Shown here: piece after piece, positions 25,326 through 35,446 of the stretch
Numbering within the stretch: position 1 is the stretch's first letter
Layout of the letters: each line of letters opens with the position of its first letter
Source of the DNA: Vicugna vicugna
Lineage: Eukaryota
NCBI GenBank assembly: GCA_013265495.1
Contig: MU061542.1
Span: 340,972-376,417 of the forward strand
Length of the DNA: 35,446 bases
Direction: 5' to 3'
Notes under the pieces: model-generated
Told to the model about the DNA's origin: nothing
Seen by the model: only the letters and a program-made list of their open reading frames with translations
Databases searched by the model: none
Made by a program: the position numbers and the translations under genes

Positions 25326-27199
25326 AAAGCAAACAAAGAAACAAAAACAAAGCATAAATACAGGATAGAAATAGACTCACAGGTGGAGAATACAGACTTG
25401 TGTTTGCCAGGAGAGTGGAGGGTGGGAAGTGATAGACTGGGATTTCAACATTGTAAAGTAGATAAACAAGATTACACTGTATAGCACAAGGAAATATACA
25501 CAAAATGTTATGATAACTCACAGAGAAAAAAATGTGACAATGAGTGTGTATATGTCCATGTATGACTGAAAAACTGTGCTGAACATTGGAATTTGGCACA
25601 ACATTGTAAAATGATTATAAATCAATAAAAAATGTTAAAAAATATTATCAATACCAAAAAACTTATCACAATGAGTTGTACATTTTATGAGTTCAGTAAA
25701 TGTTTTGATGGAATAAAGGAATGAGTTAGATGGACTAAAGAGCAAAATAGATCCATTTTACCTAGATATTCTAATATTTTTAAGAGCCATAATACTTTTT
25801 TCTTATTAATACCTTGTCTAAAATTTAGAAATATATTTATTTCTAACTTAGTAAATTGAGACTGTATAAACTTTCATTTTAGAATACTGTGTATTTCTCA
25901 ATATGAACTATGCATTTTTATCAATAAGGGAATTCATTTGTGTGTTGAAATAATAGATATAAAAGTAAAGTGACAACAATGTTATTTTATTAATCTATTT
26001 TTTATGAAGTGGTAACTCTTTCAAAAAATACAAAAATCTGCAGGCCTCCCTCATTGTTCCAGTATTTGATACATTAGGCAATGTTTGTTTTATTCACATA
26101 CAATACAAAGCATAGTACCTATAACTTAGTTATTGCTCCATATGATTAGACATATGAAGTTATCTTTAATTTCTACTCATTGTTTCCCCAGGTTTGTTAT
26201 TTTCAAATTTTCTTGCTTTACTGCTCTTTTTGAAGTTAATTTTTCCCCTTGCAGTTTGTTGAACATATTGTGCTTTGAAATTTTCCATGATAGAAATACA
26301 TTTTCTCTTGTATTTTTATAATTCTATATGAATAATTTAACTTCTCAATGTAAGCAATAATTAAAATATTTTAAACATTTTTGGAGATTTTTAAAATAAT
26401 AATGGGTGATTAGTTTAGACTAGAATTACAGACTGGGCAGACATTTATAAAATAATCACAATTATAGGCATCACTAAAAAATTCTAATTATATCTATAGA
26501 TGAAGCATTATACTAATGTATACCAGTGCATATCTTGTTTGCTATGATTATGATTATTGATAATGCTATTTCTATTTAAACAGCCTCATCTACTTCAGTC
26601 TTTCTCTAAAAATTGTTAAGTTAAAATAAATTATAATATATTGAAATAAATATAACTTTTTTCTCCTTGAATTCTATAGTTTCTTGAACAATGCACTATA
26701 TTTGATGTTAAATTTGCTTTATTGTGTATTTCAAGAGTCTCTAAATTATCTATTAACTGTTATTCCCCCACTTCATTCTGAGCCTATCTGTCTACATTTC
26801 ACTTGACAAAAATACATTGAAAATAATAATTCATGAAGAATTACATGCATTTATCAAATAAATGTAAGCAATTGCTCCAAACACATGTTAACAAATTATA
26901 ATTTTTCACTTCATAAATTCATCTTTTTTATCCTTTCCTTATTCATTCATTCTTTCATTCATTTGTTTGTTTGTACACTTGCTAGTTTATTTCTGAACCA
27001 TAAAATATTATTTATTTGAATATGGCTCTTTACTGATGCTAGGTATAAAACATACTCTTAAAAACAGGAGATTTGAAGAAGTAATGGTATATGAATCCAC
27101 TGCACATAGCATTGGATATCTTGTAATCACAGATCTTTCATGCTCTAAAATAAAAGCAGAATTGCATATTGGCACAATATCTGGCACAGATTTTAGAGT

Positions 27200-27420
27200 T
27201 CAAAATTTGCCCTTGGAATTTTACCTATGTACTTAACCTTTTACATATAGTCTTTGAATAAGTTGTCAAGGGAAACATTGCTGTATTTTACACTGTCTTC
27301 CACTGTAAATTACAAATAATATGTATGATATTATCAACTTAATTCTGATGTCAGGAAAACTAAACATCACTGATATAAAACCCCAGTTACAGTGCTGTCA
27401 TATTGTAGTTAACAGATATA
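27200..27420 (+). mobile_element. Degenerate MIR
   Basis: gagttcaaaatt, tagtctttgaataagtt and cttccactgtaaat motifs in MIR order. Confidence 0.45.
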
Positions 27421-27923
27421 TTTTATTACTTCTATCAATGATTTGTACTAATGGATAATTTAAAAAATTCTGATGAATTTGATACTGATGATGAAGACAA
27501 TCTTTAAGAATTAATGGTGATTATAATTTTGTTGATAATTTCTATGTTCCTGTTTTTTTGCATTGTTATATATCTAGTAGCTTTGTATGTGTGTATGTCT
27601 ATTGTTTCTAGATGTCTTGCAAGCTCTCTGAGATGATACATTGTCTTTTTATTTGTATCTTCCATAAACCATGTAAAAATAAGTTGAGGAAATAACTGAC
27701 AGAAAGTTATTTAAAGGGAGACTTAAAGGGCAGAGCAAAATACTCAAATTTATTTTCTTTTCACCTTGAGGAAAATGGCACTGAATTATATTTCTATGCT
27801 GTTTCTCACATGAATCAAATGCCTTAAAGCACTAAAGCCCTGCATGCTTTCCTCTGACTATATAAAGGTACAATCATGTTTAGTTATAAAAAATATTGAG
27901 ATTTGTAGATTTTAAGCTGTTCT

Positions 27924-28382
27924 TATCAAGAACTGTGATATATCTGAGGATTTTTGTCTGCTTGAATATGAACAAATTAACCTGACATAGTTACATGGAT
28001 GACAGCTGAAGAAACAAGACTCCTGGGATGGATACAAGATAATAATAGCCAGGATTCCTAAACTCCAATTCCTACAGGTTGATGTTAAGAGGGCCAGGTG
28101 ACATCTCTGCATATAGTAGGGTATATTACAGTGGAAGCACTCTGAATTTAGGGAGCTAAATCTCTTTTAGAGTAAATGTGCCTGATTTTTACTCATGAAG
28201 GAAACAATAACCCTATCTTCCAAGGCTGGACAAATTTTTTCTTTTCTCGAGAGTTAAACATTATCTCTATATTCCAAGCAAATATTCTTGCAAATACAGT
28301 CCAGGAAAAATAAAAAGACAACAGTGACACTGCTCTCAAGATGTATAAACACACAGGAAACATGGATAATTGTCTCCCAACA
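27924..28382 (-). mobile_element. Ancient ERVL-type solo LTR (LTR40-like)
   Basis: Minus strand begins tgttgggagacaattatccatg, contains cagccttggaagatag and ends cacagttcttgata, resembling my recollection of LTR40. Confidence 0.65.
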
Positions 28383-28529
28383 ACCTCTTTCTACAATGAC
28401 AATGTCTTGATTATAACATCAAAGGACAGCATGATATTTGGTTTGCATTGAAGCATCTTATGTCTAAACATTTTTTGTTAGCTAAGACTGTCTTCTACTG
28501 TTACTTCTGAAAAATCAACCTGTATTTTT

Positions 28530-28692
28530 TTAAATTGAAGTATAGTCATTTATAATGTGTTAATTTCTGGTGTACAGCATAATGCCCAAGTCATGCATAT
28601 TTATGCATGTATTTACACACACACACACACACATACATTTATTTTCATATTTTTCATTAAAGATTATTACAAGATATTATAGTTTCCTGTAC

Positions 28693-28729
<37 letters not shown>

Positions 28730-28872
28730 TACATTTATTTTCATATTTTTCATTAAAGGTTATTACAAGATATTAAATATAGTTTCCTGTGCTATGTAGA
28801 AGAAATTTGTTTTTTTAATGTATTTTTATACATAGTGGTTAACATTTGCAAATCTCAAACTCCCAAATATAT
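28530..28872 (-). mobile_element. Older L1 3'UTR end, antisense, with internal duplication and CA/TA microsatellites
   Basis: ttttttaaattgaagtatagtcatttataatgtg start; TSD aac(c/t)tgtattttt at 28517-28529 and 28873-28885. Confidence 0.88.
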
Positions 28873-29119
28873 AACTTGTATTTTTATTGCTTCAAGAGAT
28901 ATGGATCCACTTAACATTCATTTCCTGCCATTTTAGTTTAGTCTTTTTTTCCTGTTACCCCTAATTCAGAGCAGTACTTCTGATTTTTTTTAATCCCTTA
29001 TAGAACTAAGAAAAAGATTCTGATTTTCACTGAGAGTGACCTTAGCCCATAGTTTAGTTGTTACACAGACAAGGCAGGAAGATGTGACAATTACAAAGGG
29101 TGTTAGCACTATGCTTCAT

Positions 29120-30333
29120 AAGCCTGGCCAAATGTTTGTTGATTTTGCTTACTCTTTCAAAAAAAAAAGCTCTTGATTTGATTTATTTTTTCTATTTTTT
29201 TAAATCTCTATTTTGCTTATTTCCTCCCTGAACTTTATTAATTTCTTTTTCCTTATGCTATCTTTAGGCTTTATATGTTTTTCTTTTTTCTGATTCTTTT
29301 AGATGGTAATTTAGGTTGTTTATTTAAGATTTTTCTTGCTTTTTGAGGAAGGCCTGTAATGCTATGAACCCTCTTAGAACTGCCTTTGCTGCATCCCATA
29401 GATTATATATGGTTGTGTTTTCATTGTCATTTTTCTAAAGCTGTTTTTTAATTTCATCTTTGATTTCATTGTTGACCCATTGGTTTTTAGTAGCATGTTT
29501 GTTAATCACAGTGCAATAATTTTTGTCTCTCTTTTTTTCTTTCTGTGGTTGATTTCTAGTTTCATGTCATTGTGGTCTGTTTGGGTTGATCTTTGGGACC
29601 TGATGTACTTCCTGTACCTGGATATATTTCCCTCTTTAGGTTTGGGACATTTTCAGCCATAACATCTTCAGACACATTTTTTATCCTTTTTTTTTCTTTC
29701 TCCTCCTTCTGGGACTCCTATTATATGTAGATTGGCATGCTTAATATTATCTCATATGTCCCTTATATTGCATTCATTTATTTTACTTGTCTCTTTGTCT
29801 GCTTTTCTTATTGGGTGATTTCCATTTTTCTATCTTCAAGATCACTTATTTGTTTTTCTGCATTATTTGGTTAGCTATTTATTGCCTTTAGTTTCAGTTT
29901 CAGCCCCCAGCCCCTGCAAGCACCATCAGGCTCAGGTCTTAGGCTGGGGACCCCAGGGAGGTGGCAGGGTTCCTTTGTGCTAGTCTCTCTCTATTCTGCC
30001 TGTTGCAAAGCACCTGCTGCACTCCTCTCAGATCCTCCAAAACTCCCTTTCTGTCCCACCTGCTCTCCCTGCTGATGAAGGGTCTTTCCAAATTGAGGAA
30101 AATTTTCCTATTTTACAACGCCCTCCCAGTGGCCCAGGTCCAGTCCAGATTCTTTTCTTTTTAATCCTATTCATTTACACAGTGATCTTTCCCACAGAAT
30201 TTATTATATGAGATCTCCTGCCAGATTTCAGTAGGTATTCTATGAGAATTGTTTCATATGTAGATGTACTTATGATGTATTTGTGGGAGGAAGAGAGCCC
30301 CACATCCTTCTATTCCACTGTCTTAATTACCTC
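29120..30333 (-). mobile_element. Older L1 with intact 5' terminus, internal deletions and no 3' half
   Basis: On the minus strand: 5' end homologous to 18580-18640, 5'UTR piece to ~29890, ORF1 piece (~29890-29577) and ORF2 piece (~29577-29120) matching about 22214-22650. Confidence 0.85.
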
Positions 30334-31066
30334 TACTTCATTCTTTAATTTAACAAATAGTAGGTACAATACCAGCAAGTGAAACACTTGGTATTACCAA
30401 AGTAATGCAATAGTTTGAGAAAGTGGTGTATAGAAGCAGCCTTAAGAAGGCAAGTTTGTGAAGGGAGACTATGGTAATTAAAATTAAAGAGCTATCAGAC
30501 ATTGAAAAAATTTGAATGCAAGTAAAGAAACACATAGGTAGACTGATGAGAACACTTTGAGTGAAATCATACTAATTACAAAGACCCATAGCAGAATAAA
30601 TATGCAGGAAAAGCAGTGGAGATGTAATATTAAAGCACAGACACCAAATTAAAGACGTTATGCCCTCTACTTCTTATGGAAATCCCCAGTAGTATCCTAT
30701 CAATTTTTTAGGGGTATAGTACAATTACTTAAAATTATTGTAAACCTAGATCCACTCACTACTTAAGTAACATAAAAGTAAATTGTCACTCTAAGCAGAC
30801 GTTGAGTTATGTACGTATACCTCAGAAAAACTCTTTTAGAGAAGCTGGTACATACACACATGTTTTTTGAAATGTTTAAAAGGCAGCTTCATTATATCTA
30901 TACTTGACTTTTCAAATGATTTCTAACTGCATACCATAGTTTTCAAAATGTAAATATCAGTAATTTCTTCTTCAGAATGTTAAAAAGACTGATGGCTATT
31001 CACTCCCCTTAAAAATCACCAGAATAACTTACTAGTCAAGGAAGAAATGGCAGTATGTAGAACACC

Positions 31067-31119
31067 TCTCAGACAGAGCCTTAGTAGTGTCTCAGACAGA
31101 GCCTTAGTAGTGTCTCAGA
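31067..31119 (+). repeat. Perfect 23-bp tandem duplication (tctcagacagagccttagtagtg) x2.3
   Basis: Units at 31067-31089 and 31090-31112, partial unit to 31119. Confidence 0.95.
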
Positions 31120-31722
31120 AAGGGCAATTCATCAGAAGATATTTATAGAGCTTTAGTTCCTCAGCTCAAGTGGTTTAAAGTGGGTCATTGAAAGCCAAAC
31201 CTGATTAAGATCAGTTAAAGCTTATACCATAATTGTTTAGTATTGTTGGACACAACAAGGTGAGAGTCTTAAAGTGAGTTGTTATATGTAAACTGTGGTT
31301 TGATTAGTACAATGTTTACTCTTGTGAACAGTTTGATCTGTGTTAATATATTTTAGAGGACACCTCCCTCAAAAAGAAAAACAGTATAGTTATTACTTTG
31401 CACATTACCTTCCTGGACAATAATTTCCTAGACCAATTATCTATTCATGTTGTTCAAATGGTCTTTATTCTTAGGCTTTTAAATAAAATGTGGATTAAGG
31501 TAGTCTCAGTGCCCAGTCTTTTCAGGCTCTTAAATCTGTTCCAGGCATTTTATAATTTGAAGGCTCTAATAGAAAAGAAAAGAGAATTTTAATTACTCAA
31601 ATATGAAGCACATAGAATAGAAGATAATCTTATAATTAATATTAAAAGGGAGCCCATTAATTCATAATTAATACTCAGATAAATTCAGTACTTTTAAGGG
31701 ACTAATAAAATAATACTTCTTA

Positions 31723-31762
31723 CACATGCACACACACAGCACACAGACACACAGGCACACAC
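31723..31762 (+). repeat. Imperfect (CA)n microsatellite
   Basis: cacatgcacacacacagcacacagacacacaggcacacac. Confidence 0.8.
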
Positions 31763-34684
31763 AGTAGTATCTCTTGTGAAAATTCCCTGTAACTACAAGT
31801 GTTTAATATCTTTTGTGTCAGGAACTAGTAGAACTTTTGAATAAAATGATAAAATAATTACATCTAATCAACAATGATTTGGGTAATAATCCTAACCTTG
31901 TTAAAGTAGAAAAAAAATCTGTCAATTTGGAAATTGATCCAGAAATTCAATTAAGAATTGGTAGTCTTTGGGGAATATCCAAGGTTTGCTGCTGCCAGAA
32001 TTTTTGAACTTCAAAGCAGGAAAGTCTTAATTATAATATTTCAGAGACAGGGTGATGATAGAAACAGCTGGACTCAGAGCTGATTTTATTTTTTACCTTG
32101 TTTTCTTTGTCTACTGTTGCTAGTACTTGGGCACAATAAGCAAACCACCATATAATCAAAAATGATTTTGAGTTGTCCCATCCTTGTACTTCAAGTCTCA
32201 GACAACCTTGCATAGAGAGCCATCGACTATCACTGGCATACAACAAGCTCCCATAAGCTATCTCTGCGTTTGTATTTCTTCATCTGTAAACACTGTGATC
32301 TACAAGATTTGCAGAGAAATCACATGTTAAACTTACCAGTATGACAACAAAAGGAAATGTTTACGCTCTGAATGTACTCTGATTACCCAGTTTTACTCAA
32401 CAATTGGAAAAGTTTTCTGTGCTCAGTAAATTTTTCCAAAAATCTACCAAGAAAGTTTACTGTTTCTCTCCCGACTGCAGACTTAAATAACCTTCTTTTA
32501 GTTCAGCACATGAAACGATTTCCACATACTTGTATATATAGAAACATTTAATGTGTGTGTGAGGCTACGTATACTACCAATGATGTCTGAGTTGTTAAAG
32601 CTTGTTTCTTTAGTCCCCACCCTTCTTTTTTTTTTTTCTTACTACTCCAATTGTAACAAAGGCCTCAGTATGCTGTGAGAGAACATTATTCAAAATACGC
32701 TGAAACCTGAAGGACTAAATTTTAAATATAATTTGGAGATTGTATTCTTATATACAGACTTGCACCATGGAAAAAATAAATATTATGACTTTAAAGATCT
32801 CAGGCTGGGTCTGAGTAGTAGTCAGCATCAGGTGATTTAGACAAAGACAGCAGTAGAGTTGCCAGGGGAGGACGCTGCTTTTTCAGACATGTGAGGGTTT
32901 CTTCTGAATCAATTTTCTTTTAATTTCTAACATACAACAGTCTAGAAATTCAGGAACACATAATTATTAATAAATGAACATGAGATTAAAGAAGAATTTT
33001 GTGTTTACCTAGGAAGTGGGAAAACTGGAGTGAATAGTTGATCCATTTTTGCTGCTTGCTCAAAGTAATTTTATTTATTTTTGGTAGTATCTCCATTCCT
33101 GTTGGATGGGTTAAAACTGTGTGGGTCTCTGAAAATGTGAATAATGTATGATTTTTCCCAAATGGCTGAAACAAATTGGAAAAGAAAAGCCTGCTGGGAA
33201 AGTAGAAAAGCTAATCCAGTTCTTTCTGCTGCTTTTGAACTCTAAGAAGAATTAGAGGACCAAGGCCAGTTTATGTCTACTTGCCTGGAGTTAATAATGT
33301 GAGGATGAATTGTTTTTTGTAATCAACTCATATGATTACTAACTACAGGAGAGGTAATCAGTACTAGGCAAGATGAGATCATAGTCAGTGGATGACTTCT
33401 AGCCTCAACTACTTTTTTAAGATCTTTGAGGCAAGCATGACTCTTGGGAGACTGAAATGAAAAATAAAAGAGAGTGAAAGAGAAAGAGGTCACTGCCCTC
33501 AATGTGTTTCATTAATTTGTTTACTGTACAAAGACATAAGTGGAAATGACTGACAAATATTATCTGTGAATGTTTTAGATTTTGTTCCTGTTATGTTGTT
33601 TTGTTTAATGAAATGGTTTTATGTGACTGTTAACTAAATATCTGCATTAAAAGCCTCAAGTCATAGAATCTTAATTAAGATTAACTAGGTACCACTAATA
33701 CTTGCTATTTTATGTTTATTGAGGATTGAAAAAATAAACACATTAGTCTGCTAAAAGTTAGACTAAAATACTTTTTTTGGTTTATTAGAGGGATTTGAAA
33801 TTTATTCCTCTTGTATAAAGATCAAGACTTATGGGAACTGTTCATTTGGAAGATGGATTATAGAGTAGTATGTTTCAAACTGTGTATCATGAGAGAAATC
33901 AACACATAGTGTTCAGATTTATTTTATAAGCCTAGTATCTTAAACTATATGAGGTAACTGTGCTTATAATAATGTATCTAAATGCTTCTAAGGGAAATAT
34001 TTTATGTTAGTAGGTACTTTAATAGCATCAGCCATTACTTAACCTTACTAAACAATTAAGCCTTTGTAAACACTCAAAATAATCTGAGTGATCTGCTGAA
34101 TCTTGTAAATATACAAAATAACAAGAAAGATACACACAATTAACTTTAAAAAAATCAATGTAAATATCTACATTTTTCCATGTTTTCTCCCAGCCTCTCT
34201 TGCTACTGTCCAGGGAGAAGAATACTGTTATTCTGCCCTGTTCATTTTATGGCCATCAAACATCCATTTGAAATTGTTAGGGAAAACAGCATAATTGAAA
34301 GTGAATTTTGGCTTCTTTTTACATGACTCAAAGACCTTGAAACTCTGTCCCATCATTAGTTATTCATTCTCCAGTCTTCAGAACCTGTTTTTCAAAAGAT
34401 GAATGAAGTGTTAATTGAGATAATTTATTTTCTGAATTTCAGCTCTTGAATCACTTATAAAATTATATATTCCTCATCCCAAAGGATTTTCATGGCATAT
34501 TAAGATATTCTTCCTTATTTGAAGATAAACAACAATAAAGTAGAGAAGACTTTTACAGTGACATTTAAAACAATATGGCTTCCACCTTTAAGTTATCAAA
34601 GGAAAGAGTGTCTGTGGTAGAAGAACATATATCTCTTAGATTCTTATATGCTTAACTTTACATGATATATTTTGACATAACTTA

Positions 34685-35197
34685 TGATAGGTAAGAACAA
34701 ATCTGACTCCATCTTGGATCCACCTCTCTTGCTTTAATCTTTGTGCTCTATTATTTTACTACAAGTTAATCACAAAAGGGATGTTGCCTATAGCTGAAAG
34801 CATACATAATAGCCCATCTCCAGGAATCCTGCCTTCTATGCCTGAGTGTTAAGCTAACACATCTTTGTTTAAGCTCACAGGAAACATCCTGACCAGGCCC
34901 ATCTGTGAATGGCTACAGGAAAGAAGAAATGAAGACATCACCTTTGAGTCTAGCCAGAACCAGGAAATATTTGCAACAGCTTATTGCCTTTTTCACTTTA
35001 CCTCCTCATCTCTCTCTCTTTGCTCTATAAAATAAACTATCATCCAAACCTGAGCAATATGTTTCTTTTGGGCATTAGTCTACCATCTTCTTAGTTTGCT
35101 GGTTTTCTGAATAATGTTGTTGTTTCTTGCCCCAACAACTTATCTTTCCGTTTATTGGCCTGTTGTGTAATGAGCAGTACAAACTTAGACTTGGCTA
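34685..35197 (+). mobile_element. ERV solo LTR (ERV1/MER41-like)
   Basis: Starts tgatagg...ctgactccatcttg; TATA-like ctataaaa at ~35025; degenerate poly(A) signal aataat at ~35110; U5 end homologous to the LTR at 6807-7331. Confidence 0.78.
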
Positions 35198-35446
35198 GGT
35201 CGTCAGCAGAGTAGGCAAAAACAATGCAATTTGAAATATTCACTCTGGTAAGCATTCTTCTCTGACTTGCCTTCCTATTAATTTGGTTTTCCAGATAAAT
35301 GAAATATTAACATTTTGGGAGAGAAGAGGCACTATTTACCCTTTGTTTTCTATCTTCTTTCAATTTTTTCCCCATTTTCTTATCTCTATTATTTTCACAA
35401 ACATATATATCTAGTAGAGAAAGTCCTTTATTCAAAAAAAAAAAAA

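Larger units (their letters stand above)
18577..25642 (+). mobile_element. Full-length LINE-1 retrotransposon, inactivated (~7.07 kb)
   Basis: Starts gggaagagagaagatggc; GC-rich 5'UTR; colinear ORF1 and ORF2 fragments with L1 motifs; 3'UTR with G-rich tract, AATAAA (25624) and short A tail. Confidence 0.98.

Noticed and set aside
21467..25599. Hydrophobic minus-strand ORFs
   Set aside because: Antisense shadows of A-rich L1 ORF2.
31067..31119. CRISPR-like direct repeats
   Set aside because: Head-to-tail duplication with no spacers, in mammalian DNA.
35434..35446. Terminal poly(A) run as a retrocopy tail
   Set aside because: Cut by the window edge, with no recognisable upstream element body or poly(A) signal.

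Overview
AT-rich, CpG-depleted mammalian genomic DNA, intergenic or deep-intronic. A camelid origin is my inference, from the L1 3' ends and the absence of recognisable Alu, B1, BovB/Bov-tA or PRE-1 repeats. No intact protein-coding gene, RNA gene or prokaryotic system is supported. The main feature is a ~7.07 kb full-length but inactivated LINE-1 on the + strand (18577-25642), with a ~1.66 kb GC-rich 5'UTR, broken ORF1, ~400 bp inter-ORF spacer, broken ORF2 (EN, RT, CCHC) and 3'UTR. Around it are four short related L1 3'-end insertions, one with a tiny twin-priming inversion and one with an internal duplication. There is also a 5'-intact, internally deleted older L1, a three-level nest (old L1 > MLT1 LTR > ERV LTR), further solo LTRs, MIR/L2 relics and microsatellites. 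Two unique-sequence exon- or enhancer-like candidates remain unexplained (~14.7 kb on +, ~33.1 kb on -). I see no convincing previously undescribed biological system; the best leads are retrotransposition-mechanism footprints and L1 regulatory architecture. Repeat family names are from recollection of consensus sequences, not from a search.
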